This document shows positions 39,085 through 50,447 of a stretch of DNA of 64,000 nt, in pieces (the first letter of the stretch is position 1; every line of letters begins with the position of its first letter). Location: contig OZ360253.1 in the NCBI GenBank assembly GCA_977017645.1, positions 35,712,001 to 35,776,000 on the forward strand, written 5' to 3'. This DNA is from Torpedo marmorata (Eukaryota). Made by a program: the position numbers and the translations under genes. The notes under the pieces were generated by a model. That model searched no databases, was not told the origin of the DNA, and saw nothing but the letters and a program-made list of their open reading frames with translations.

Positions 39085-39300
39085 AAAACACACCGAAATG
39101 CTGGAGGAACTCAACCGATCTTTTCAGCGTCCATAGGAGACAAAGATATATTACCGACGTTTCGGGCCTGAGCCCTTCTTCAAGGAATAAGCAGAATGAG
39201 TCAGAAGCAGGAAATCTCAGAAAGTCTCAGAATTCAGACAGTGCCGGCTGGGGGAGGAATCCAGACCAACAAAAGGAGTTAATTGGATATGATAAAGGGA
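39085..39300 (-). mobile_element. PLE terminal repeat, subfamily B (second copy at ~30308-30418)
   Basis: gaaatgctggaggaactc...ccgacgtttcgggcctgagcccttcttcaaggaataag shared by both copies. Confidence 0.75.
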
Positions 39301-40051
39301 GAGGTAAAAGTCCCTTATTCTGAAAATTTTATCAAGTACTATTTCCCTTTCATAAACCTTTGACTTTGCCTAATCCCTTTGATATTTTCCAAGTGTCCTG
39401 TTATCAAATCCAGGTTTGATTTTGTCTAATTCTGTGGTGGTCTGTAAGTGTCCTGTTATAATAACCTTAATAAATAGATTCCAGCAGCATTTTCCTGCTA
39501 CTGGCGTTGGGATAACCAGCTTACAGTTCTCTATTTCTCTCTTCCTCCTCTTTTAAATCGATTACATTTATCACCTTCCAATCTGCAGGAACCATTCCAC
39601 AATCTGCAGGGTCATGGCTGATGACAACCAATATATTCAGTCTTTCCAGTGCTACCATTTTTTTGTACTCTGGGTTGCAGATTGTCACACCCTTGGGATT
39701 TGTCATCTTTCAGTTTCATTAATTTCTCCATCACTGCTGGTTTTACTAGTATCACTTTCCTTTAATTCATCCTCTCATTTGACTCTTGGTTCCCCAACAT
39801 TTTTGGTAAGTAATGTGTGCCCTCTTATGAAGCTTGAATTGAAGTATTTATTTAATTGCTGTGCATGGGACCTTGGTTTGTCTTTACTGGACTTTTTCTT
39901 TTAACATATTTGTCCGTTTTACAGTCTGTTTTTATGTTCTTTTCAAGTTTACTCTCCTTTATTCTTGCTTCCTTCATCAAACGTTTGTCCTTTTTTTGCC
40001 GAATTCTAAGTGAATTGAATTGACAACATTTAGTTCACAGGCGTTTGCAGA

Positions 40052-41697
40052 AGTAAAAAACACAAATGCTGGAGAAACTCAGCAGGTCAAACAGTGTCTT
40101 TTATGTAGCAAAGGTAGAAATACATAACCGACGTTTCGGGCTTGAGCCCTTCATCAAAGTATGAGAAAATGCCGGCAGGCGTCCGAACAAAAGAGTGAGG
40201 GGGGAAGCGGGGGGGGGGTGGCAAAGGCAGGAGATGATAGGTGGAGAAAGGAGGGAGGGGACAGCAGCAAAGAGGGGGAGGAGGGATGGCTGGGTGGGTG
40301 GAAAAAAACAGGAAAGACAGGTGAGGGGGGAGGGGAAGGAAAAGACAAGCAGGTTTAGTGGAAAGCAGAAAAGTCAATGTTAATGCCATCTGGCTGGAGA
40401 GTACCCAGACGGAAAATGAGATGTTATTCCTCCAATTTGCGGGCAGTATGGGTGGGATGGTACATAAGGCCATGGACAGACATGTGAGTGTGGGAGTGTG
40501 ACTTGGAATTGAAATGGTTGGCTACTGGGAGGTTGCTGTTGTTGCGGACGGAGAGGAGGTGCTCAGCAAAGCGATCTCCCAATCTACGACCGGTCTCTCC
40601 GATGTAGAGTAAGCCACAAAGGGAGCACCGGATGCAGTAAATAAGTTCTCTGGATGTACAAGTGAAGTATAGCTTCACTTGAAAGGCCTGTTTGGGGCCC
40701 GGACCGTGGTGAGGGGGGAGGTGTGGGCGCAGATGTTGCACCTCCTGCGGGCACAGGGGAAGGTACCGGGGGTGCGATGGGTGGGGAGGGATGAGTGCAT
40801 GAGGGAATCGCGGAGGGAGCGGTCCCTGCGGAAGGCCGAGAGTGGAGGAGAAGGAAAAATGTGTCTGGTGGTCCTGAATGTGTCTGATCCTGTAGTAAGT
40901 GCCTTAAATTCTGGTGGATAATGTGTTGGATGCGGAGGCTGGTGGGGTGGTAGGTGAGGATGAGGGGGATTCTATGTTTGTTGCGTCTGGGGGTAGAGGG
41001 GGCCAGGGCAGATGAGCGGGAAATGGAGGAGATGCGGGTGAGGGCTGAGTTGATGGTGGTGGAGGGGAAGCCACGTTTGTGAAAGAAGGCAGACATTTCA
41101 GAAGATCTGGACTGGAAGACCTCATCTTGGGAACAGATTCGGCGGAGTCGGAGAAATTGAGAGAAGGGGATGGAATCCTTGCAGGGGACAGGGTGTGAGG
41201 AAGTGTAGTCCAGATAGTTGTGGGAGTTGGAGGATTTGTAGTAACTGTCGGTGGAAAGCTTGTCTCCCGAGTTGGAGACAGAGAGATCCAGGAAGGGGAG
41301 AGTGTTATCGGAGATGGACCAGGTGAGTTTGAGATCGGGATGGAAGTTGGACGCGAAGTGGATGAAGTTGACAAGTTCATCGCGGGTGCATGAGGCAGCC
41401 CCGATGTAGTCGTCGATATACCGGAGGAAGAGATGAGGGGTCTTGCCTGTGTAGGCTTGCAGCATGAATTGCTCCACAAAGCCCACAAACAGGCAGGCGT
41501 AGCTGGGACCCATGCGGGTACCCATGGCTACTCCTTTGATTTGGAGGAAGTGGGATGAGTTAAAGGAGAAGTTATTGAGAGTGAGGACAAGTTCTGCTTT
41601 GCTACATAAAAGACACTGTTTGACCGACTGAGTTTTTCCAGCATTTGTGTTTTTTACTTCAACCACAGTGTCTACAGATTTTCGTGATTTACTTCTT
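40052..41697 (-). mobile_element. Penelope-like element (Neptune-type), 5'-truncated, with inverted pLTR
   Basis: RT (GVAMGTRMGP, RYIDD), Cys linker GTFPCARRRCNICAH, GIY-YIG LIYCIRCSLCGLLYIGETGRRLGDRFAEH; pLTR at 40052-40165, inverted copy 41597-41697; TSD GC(G/A)TTTGCAGA; frameshifted. Confidence 0.92.
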
Positions 41698-42027
41698 GCA
41701 TTTGCAGAGGTGATGGGCTTAAATGCTGAGAATACAAGTGTGTAAAATAATTTTGGAATAAATTAAAGAGCAGGACCTTGGCATGCTAAATTTGAGTTGT
41801 GGATTTCTGCCATGAGATGTTGTGAATAAGACAATATGACTGAGTTTTTAATTTATTTGGTTGTGTTTCTGGAGAAAGGCTCGAGAGCAATGATTAAAAA
41901 CAAGATGATAATTTGAGTAACTGGAGTGGAATTGATAGAATTTCCCTTGATCTGCAAGATCACTCTTCGTTGAAGAGAGATGCTTCAAAAATAGAGTACT
42001 TCAGCAACACATTGATCTTCTCTGCAG

Positions 42028-42151
42028 GTGTGTGGAACTAATTATCATGGAGCAAATGAACAAGTACCGAGCACGTCTAAAGGACATCAGCAGCTTGGAG
42101 TTTGCAGAGAACAAAGCCAAGAATAGGCTGTCTCTCATCCGACACTCAATT
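42028..42151 (+). CDS. MYO9A: MYO9A exon, RhoGAP end (CVELIIMEQMNKY...RLSLIRHSI)
   Basis: tgcag| ... |gtaaga; ends in phase 0. Confidence 0.95.
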
Positions 42152-42719
42152 GTAAGAATTTTACTCAGATCTATGATACTGTAATATTGTTTCTTGTTCT
42201 AACTGCATTAAATGAAGACCCATTTCCCATTGAATGTAACAAAAATTTATATTTGCTGAGAATCCTCGTACTTTTAGAAATCTTGTGCATTCATCTTGTT
42301 TACTACATTGGTTAGTCAATTCTTTTCACGTTTTCTTTGAGTACGGAGTCTCTGTTGCTTTCCACCACGGTGTTGATTCAGCATGCATGTATGTTCTCGC
42401 TGTCCTGGGGTTCTTCTGCTGCTTCAGCTGTTGATATCGATCAGTCACTATTTTTATGGCCAACAAAGATTGAGTGACCTATGGATTAGGCCCATGCATT
42501 CTCCTGGTGGTTTTTATTTGAGTTTCCATTGTGTGTTTGGGAAAGTGTGCTGTTGGTAGAGAACAAGTGCTGTTCTGTGATCCTAAAGTAAATGTAGATG
42601 ATCTCTCTGGCTGCATTTGTAGCTGTTGCTTCATGACTCGTTGACATCTAGACTCGTGTCTCAATTTGACTTCTGTCACAGGGCAACATTTAGTCACCAT
42701 GGGTAAACCCACTCCACTT

Positions 42720-42960
42720 GGGGCGGCACAGTTAGCGTAGCAGATAGCGCAGTGCTCTTACAGCGCCAGGAATTGGGACCAGGTTCTAATCCGGTGCTGT
42801 CTGTAAGGAGTTTGTACGTTCTCCCCGTGTCTGCGTGGGTTTCCTCTGGGCGTTCCGGTTTCCTCCCACTGTTCAAAACGTACCGGGGGTTGTAGGTTAA
42901 TTGGGCGGCACGGGCTCGTGGGCCGAAAGGGCCTGTTACCGTGCTGTATGTCTAAAATTT
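42720..42960 (+). mobile_element. V-SINE (HE1-like)
   Basis: Full head, V-domain and tail. Confidence 0.9.
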
Positions 42961-45133
42961 AAAAATAAAAATAAAATTAAAATAATTTGGAATATAAATT
43001 CAATGTGACATGCATTGTTTGCAGAGTGGTCGGGGTATTTCTCAAATCTCTTGAAAACTGAATAATTACAGGAATTTGAGATTTTCAGCCGACACACACA
43101 AAAGGTGCAATATTCAGCTGGCAAGTTATGGTGCGCTGTTAGTTTGGAAATGCATATGCACACTATTGAAGGGTAATCTTGTCACATTGTGAAGTCTCCT
43201 GTTTAGGAATAGTCTATTTGGCAGGTCTGCATGACCATGGAATCACAATTATGCAGTATGGAGATTTGTCCCTACCAACCAGCGGGTTTCCTTCTGTATA
43301 AATCCCACCGCCCAGCACTTGGTCCGTAGCCCTCAATCACAAGGCAATTCAAGTGCTCCTCTGAGCATTTCTGAAATGCTGTCAGCGAGCAGGTTTTTAC
43401 CACTCAGGCCGTGCATTCCAGTGACTTGCACTCTGAGAGGAGGTCCCCCTCTGATCCCCTCTAAATCTCTCTTTCCTTGCCCTAAGCTTTTCCTAGCTTT
43501 ATCTACCTCTGATATGGGAAACATTTCCTGCTGTGCCTCTGCTTTGCCATACCACATGTTGCAGAGAAATTGACTTTTTTTATTTGAGGTAAAATTGCCT
43601 TGAAATCTTACATGGCTCTGTGTGAATCAGGATGAAAAGAATGATATGCACATTGTTTGCAGGGTAAGAGCCCTTAATTCCATCACTCTTGATTGCAGGA
43701 TTCAAAGTTCCATACAGCACTGATTCTTTTTTCCTTCATTCTTTTCAACTGGCAACATCACCGTTCATCTCTTGATTTTTGTCATGATGTCTCTGTGATT
43801 TTGGCACGTTAGCTGCCCTTTCTTTTAACCTAACAATGCAAATAATCAATGTAGTAGAAATTACACCAACATTGGAAAAGCAAATGAAATGTTCACTGGT
43901 GCCTCTTGTCAAAGGCACAACTTGTTTCCAAATGGCCTGGTCAAAACTTCTGCAAAATGAAAAGCTGATTAAAAGGTGAGAATTCCATGTTGAGCGTTTA
44001 AGGTGGTCTCAAGGTAAGAATTTAGTCACTTGTGTGTGAGGCTGTTGCAGGTAAAAGGTTTTACAAGTGTAAGCAATATAATTGCATTCACAAAGATTGG
44101 ATGCATAATTTCACATTAACATCCTTAGTCATTTTCTTTCTGACGTGTATGCAGTTTTTAAAAAATAGATGTTCAGTGTGTAACCTGTTCTGTAACATGT
44201 ACTAATCAGTGGCGTGTTGTAGTGGAGGTGGATTTCATGCTGTCCATGTGCTTTGATGTTGGTATTTTCCTTCTGTCAAATCTCCTTGAATCATATCAAA
44301 CCACTCATTACAACACAGTCCTGTTTGCATATTACCTGTGAATCTGTGTGCCTCTCTCTGTCATAGTCATTTCCAGTATGAGGTGCACTTAATTTGGCAA
44401 AGTGATTATTTGTAAATCATTTCCAATGGTAATTCTTTTGCAAATAAAGTATTGTACTAAACAAAGTTTTAAATTTAATAATAAATTTAAAGTTCTCCAG
44501 CAGCGTAATGTGTTGAAGATTCTGACAGGTAGTCTGTGGTCTGTGTACGAGTTGATCTCCATTTACTTGTAATGCATGTTTGAAATCCGTGCGAGCTCTT
44601 GATTGCTGTCCAGTGACTTCTATTGAACCGTGTACGCATGAACATAGATGAAGCCAGAGTTAAGGGGACCTATTGATAGTTGTGAGATGGTTCAATACAT
44701 TGATATTGGCCATTTAGTTCACCTAATGCAAGCTTAGAGTTTTAATCCAACTGATGTTATCTTCATTAAGTGAAAGAGGAAAATAAGTGGGGATGGGATA
44801 GGATTAAAAAGTGAAAGGTACATACAGTTTACAGAATAGCAACATTTGAAATTTAGTCAAAAGCAAAAAAAATCTGGAAACAGGCAGCATGAACGGAGAG
44901 AGAAGAGCAAAACTTGATATTCCAGGTCAAAGATCATTATCAGAATTGGAAAAATGAGAAATAGTTATGTTTTAAGTTGCAGAGAGGGGGAGGGGTGGAG
45001 TGAACAGAGGAAATACCATACTCTTTACTGACTCACAACAAGAAACATTCATTTTCCTTTAACCTGTATGTGCCTGTTGATTGCATGGTCAGACTAACCT
45101 GATCCTCTACTTTTCATGTTCTTTCTACTATAG

Positions 45134-45187
45134 AAACCAGTTATAATAGCGGTTAGATTCATGAGCATGAATCGCAATTTGATTCCG
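45134..45187 (+). CDS. MYO9A: MYO9A 54-nt cassette exon (KPVIIAVRFMSMNRNLIP)
   Basis: Branch point GACTAAC (45092-45098), pyrimidine tract, tag| ... |gtaggt; symmetric phase 0; resembles the KPVLIAVRFM optional exon of tetrapod MYO9A as I recall it. Confidence 0.85.
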
Positions 45188-46180
45188 GTAGGTATTCCTC
45201 CTCCACGCCACCAATTCCTTTCCATAATCCCATTCATCACTTGATAATTTATCTCAAGCCTCGGAAATAAACCAGATGTGCATTGTCTTGGAACAGAATG
45301 AGTTGTGTTGTTTGGAGTTTTTGCTATTGGTCGTGGTCTGTGTTATTTGCTCCTTTTGGCTGTTGCATTTTTCAGTATTTGACGTTTGAACGTTGGTTTT
45401 GGTATAAAGGTTGCATTGTGTGAAAGGTTAATGCTACAATAATGTAAGCTCCTGTTGAGTTATCTGTGAAAGATTTTCACATTTACACAGAGCAAGGTGC
45501 TTGACGTTCACTTGAGATTACTTTTCAAATTTATTTCCGCATTGAGCCAAGGTGATCTTCATACTCTGGTCACCGTTGTTTGCCGTGTTCAATAATTAGT
45601 CCTTCATATTCTCTAATTGGATTAAATAGCAAAATTCTTAATTTAAGGGACATGAATTACATATCAACTGCACACTTCAATGAAATGAGTGTTCTCAAAA
45701 AAATGTCAAGAGCACTTGCATGGTAGTTGGATCCATGCATCTCTTCATGCCATCGATTCATCAACTGCTTGGGTTTCTGCCCTAGCCTTTGTGCTCCTGG
45801 TATTGTCCAGGGCCAATTAATTCACCACATTTTGGTCAAGTCTTGGTTTTAGTAACATTAGATGATGATGAGTATTTTCCTGATGGGCTGTTTTATGTGG
45901 AATCTCAATGGAATCACTGCAATCCAACAAGAATCAGATTGACTACCATTGCACTTTATTATACACATTTTATTGCTTAAATTATAAGCAAACATTAGCC
46001 AGAAATGCTGAGTGGATGATCCATTTTTTGCCGCCTCAAGCCCCACCACAGCTAATTTGATTTTTCTCCATGTGTTTATCAAGAAATGGTGGAAAGCACC
46101 ATATGGAGCAAAGGCTGCCTGATTATAGAATACGTGCTGCAGCGCTGAAAACAGATTCATCCAGCAAGCATCCAGTCAAG

Positions 46181-46462
46181 TTAAACAGGAAAGTCTGCAG
46201 ACGCTGTGATTGTAGTGCAATGCACAAAAGTGCTGGAGAAACTCAGCAGGTCGTGCATCATCTAGAGGAAGTAAAGGGTAACAAACGTTTTGGGCCTGAG
46301 CCTTTCATCAAGAGCTTTACGAAGGGCTTACCTTGACGAAGGACTCAGGCCCAAAACGTTGGTCACCCTTTACTTCCTATAGATGCTGCGTGACCTGCTG
46401 AGTTTCTCCAGCACTTTTGTACATTGCACTAGACGACAGTATCTGCAGATGTTCTTGTTGAC
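46181..46462. repeat. Palindromic pair of PLE terminal repeats (~130-bp arms)
   Basis: 46181-46312 is the diverged reverse complement of 46331-46462. Confidence 0.88.
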
Positions 46463-47054
46463 CTCAGGTTTTACAGTACCCCCCTGTCTGTTCTGTTCAA
46501 GAGTTTGAGAAAATGCCATACAGAACAGTCAGACATTGTGTTTCAATGTTGGTTCTTGTCAGATGGGTGAGGAGTTCAAGAAAGTAGCTACATTTTATCT
46601 GATTACTCCTGTGATTCCGAGATGAAAACTTTGCCAGTGATCTATGCCATCTGCTTGAAAGGCATCTGAGGTTGACACTTGCCTTGATTCTGAGCATTGC
46701 AGCAGCAGAGTGCTTTTGCCAGTGGCACCTGACGTGCAAGTTGAGCACAAACCATCAAAAACTAGTTCTTCAAGCTCCTTGTAGTAGCACAGTTTTGTTG
46801 GTTGGTAATGACAGCTCCAAACTTCAGGTAGAACATTGAAGGTGGTAGTATGAGAGAATACCAATAAAGAAAGAGCTGTTAACAAAACAGTTCTATCTGA
46901 TTTACTCAGGAGCCATGGGCTGTTAATACACTTCAGTCAACTTTATTTATTTACATTAGCATAAATTTCCTTTGTTAAATGGTTTGTTGGAGGGGCCTAG
47001 GTGGTCTGTTTCTGTGCTGTAATTGTTCTATGGTTGTGGCAAATTTCTTTGCAC

Positions 47055-47956
47055 TGTTACAAATTCAAACCAGCAACGACAGAAGACGCAATGCAAAAGG
47101 GGTAAAATTGAAATGACTATTTATTAAACACAATTAAACATATAATTTCACAACAATTAACCCCACTATAAACGTCTATAAACACTATTCTTAACTAAAA
47201 GGTGTGTGTGTGTGTGTGTGTGTAAAGCCCAGACCATTACAGTCTGTGCCCAACCCTGATGTAAAAATGGAAAAACTTTCCCCAAAAACCCCAGGTCAGT
47301 CATAAAAAACAAGTCAGTCAAAAAAAAGGATAATACAGTCTACAAAATTCACTCTCTAAGTTCAGGCTTCAACTTCAGCTCTGTGTCTGGTAGAAGTACT
47401 TCTGAATGAACGTTGGAGAGAGACAATGACTGTTTATGCTTACAAATACTTGTTTTCTTCTCTGATGACGTCCCCTTCTTGTATGTTCATAAGGATTTCG
47501 AGTTCAGATCAGTATACCACTGATTTAGGCGTATGCTTGAATCTCACAGCTAGTCTCGCTGATCTCACGCCTGTTCTCCACAGAAGTTGCTTTTCCTCAG
47601 AATTTCTCTGAGACAGGAGGCCATGTGCTATCCTGCCAGTCTTTTCTCTCTGGCTGTGCAAGCCTGGATTTGGCTGTGTCCTCTAGCCTTTGCAACTTAC
47701 AACTGTCTGCCTTGTGCAGTGAACTACACCTGCTTTTTGCAAAAGTGAAACAAATGTATCTTGTCCACAGTCTGTCTCTCTCTCTGGTCTCTCTCTGTCT
47801 GGGTACACCAAGAGTGCAACAATGTATCTTGTCTGGGTACACCAAGTCGCTGGGGAAGTTAACTCTTTCAGTACCTGGCCCCAGTGTGTACTCCAAAAGA
47901 CTTCATCCTTCCTGCTGACCGTCCACAGTCCAAATGGTCAGTCATGGTCCATAACA
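47055..47956 (-). mobile_element. Solo LTR (~900 bp)
   Basis: TGTTA...TAACA termini, 4-bp TSD GCAC, AATAAA on the minus strand near 47120; contains (TG)n at 47202-47223. Confidence 0.75.
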
Positions 47957-49112
47957 GCACGGAGGAGCAAAGAATAGCATTGAGAGTTGAAATAGTATAT
48001 TTTTGGTTCGTTTCTTCACCTTTCGCACAATATTATATTGGTGATTATTTCAGAACAGGGTCAGCCTTTTTGGACCATGAGAGATTTCTTCACAGAGGAT
48101 TGCATATTTTTTGGAATTCTTGAGCATCAGGTTTGTGAATGCTCAGTCTTAGAACACAGAACAGTACAGCAGAGTGCGAGCCCTTTGGCCCACAATGTTG
48201 TGCTGACCTATGTAATTGAGGGATGCCACGAAACGTTGGTTATGTATTTCTACCTTTGCTACATAAAAGACACTGTTTGACCTGCTGAGTTCTCCAGCTT
48301 TTGTGTTTTTTACTATGTAATCTGTCCCTTCCCTCCCTCACAGCCCATAACCCTCCATTTTTCTTGTATCCATGTGCCTATTTAAGAGTCTTTTAAATGT
48401 TCTACTGTATCATCCTAAAATAAAATAAAACCCTACCTCTGGCATCCCCCCCCCTCCTAAACTTTCCTCCACTTGTCTTAAATGGATGTCCTCTGGAATT
48501 GGCCATTTCCAACCTTGGGAAAAGGTGATGACTGTCCACTCTATCTATGCCTCTCATAATCTTATATACCTCTTAAGTCACCTCTCATCCTCCAGCCTGA
48601 GCTGATTCAACCTTTCTGTTATTGAATACATCCAAGGCAAAGATCCAGAGGTAATTGAATACCAAGGAAAGCGGGGTGGGGGGGCGGGGGAGGAAGATGC
48701 TGAGGCACAGTATTAGAACTATGTGGTGGAAGACTCAAAGGACCTTGTTTATCCAGGACTCTTGGTCTCGAATGCAGCAACATCAGATGTTTTTGATGTA
48801 AGGTGAACAGTTTTAATCACCATTTAATTTAGCAATTGGATTCTGGGGTGTGATCATTCGCTAATGCATTAAGATTGGACTGTAGATTTCCAGATGCAGG
48901 AATATCAGAGATCGATCTGCAGTTCAGAAATGTGTGTTAAGTTACAGTTTTAACTTTTGATCCTGTTCTTAATTTTGCAAATTGATGGTGTAAAACTCAG
49001 GTGTTTTATTTTCTTTTGAACAGCATAATTTCTGGAGAGTGCAAATGAAGAACAGTATGTTGTTTAAACATGAGACTGCCTTGCGTGATGTTGAAGTGTT
49101 GTATCTATAGCA

Positions 49113-49602
49113 AACAGTAAAACACGAAAGTCTGCAGACACTGTGGTTGAGGTAAAAACACAATGCTGGAGAAACTCAGCAGGTCAAACAGTGTACTTTA
49201 TGTAGCAAAGATACATAACCAACGTTTCGGGCTTGAGCCCTTCATCAAATTAACATCGACTTCTCCGGTTTCTGCTAGCCCACTCCATGTTCTCCCTCTC
49301 TTCCCCATCCCTCTGTCTTCTTTCCTCCAGCTCTCCACTCCCTTCCCTCTCCATTCACAGAGCCATCCCCCCTCCCCCTGCTTGCTGCTGTGCCCTCCCA
49401 CCCTTATCCACCTATTACCTCCTGCCTGTGGGACTGTGCTCCTCCCCCTGCCCCTCCTAACCATATTGTTCAGACGCCTGCCTACATTTTGATCATACTT
49501 TGATGAAGGGCTCAAGCCCGAAACGTCGGTTATGTATCTTTATCTTTGCTATACAAAGTACGATGTTTGACCTGCTGAGTTTCTCCAGCATCGTGTTTTT
49601 AC
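49113..49602 (+). mobile_element. PLE 3' end preceded by inverted pLTR
   Basis: Inverted arms ~49155-49248 / 49499-49602; 11-bp TSD TATCTATAGCA. Confidence 0.88.
49493..49534 (+). ncRNA. Minimal type I hammerhead ribozyme motif in pLTR (U3 variant)
   Basis: cauacu-UUGAUGA-A-GGGC(UCAA)GCCC-GAAA-CG-UC-gguuaug. Confidence 0.65.
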
Positions 49603-50222
49603 TATCTATAGCAGTCGTTGGGTTACCTAGTCTGATAGCACACAGGTCTTCATCTATGCAGTAACAATGTAAATAATGACTATCACAATAATATTTATGA
49701 AATAAGAGATTTGTGGAATCAAATTGAAGGTAGCTTTGAACCATCTTGGCCCACACCATGTCTGTGCCGTTTCACAAATCACTTGATCTTTCTGGAAATA
49801 AGTTTAGCAAAAGTCGTTGAAACTTTTCATGTTTTCTCTTTGTTGCTCATGCAGCCGAATGGTAATAAAAAGGTAATTTGGTTTGTCTGTTATATGTGCT
49901 TTTCGTGATGTCCTTTTCTTGGTGATGGCTCTTCCAAATGTAGCACCACACTGCATCGACTCCAGTGCATGAGGGATGCCCATCAAATGTTTTAAAATGC
50001 AACAAACCTGCTTGCCACAGAGTCTGGAATAAAGAAGAAAGCTATTCTCAACCCATTTCCTGTTCCTCTATGGTTCAGTCTGAACTTGAACTTGCAAGTT
50101 TTACTTTATGCTTTTGAGGTTCGTCATATCACAGTTTTATTTTAATTGTAGGTTTAATGTGCTTTGACCCAAAATACCCCATGGGCGCAGGTTGTGTGAG
50201 GAACAGTGATGTTGATTTCAGG

Positions 50223-50447
50223 AGTAAAACACAAAAGTCCGCAGACACCGTGGTTGAAGTAAAAACACAATGCTGGAGAAACTCAGCAGGTCAAACAGTG
50301 TACTTTATATAGCAAAGATAAAGATATGTAACCAATGTTTTGGGCTTGAGCCCAAAACATTGGTTACGTATCTTTTATCTTTATCTTTGCTGCATGAAGT
50401 ACACTGTTTGACCAGCTGAGTTTCTCCAGCATTGTGTGTTAACTTCA
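50223..50447. repeat. Fold-back palindrome of PLE terminal repeat
   Basis: Axis at the TTGA loop 50346-50349; arms ~95 bp. Confidence 0.88.

Noticed and set aside
40584-41666. 360-aa ORF as an intact PLE protein
   Set aside because: N-terminus is read from the inverted pLTR and the C-terminus is out of frame after a frameshift; the element is truncated
43319-43573. 84-aa ORF in the post-GAP intron
   Set aside because: No phase-0 donor that would make a cassette; no recognisable similarity
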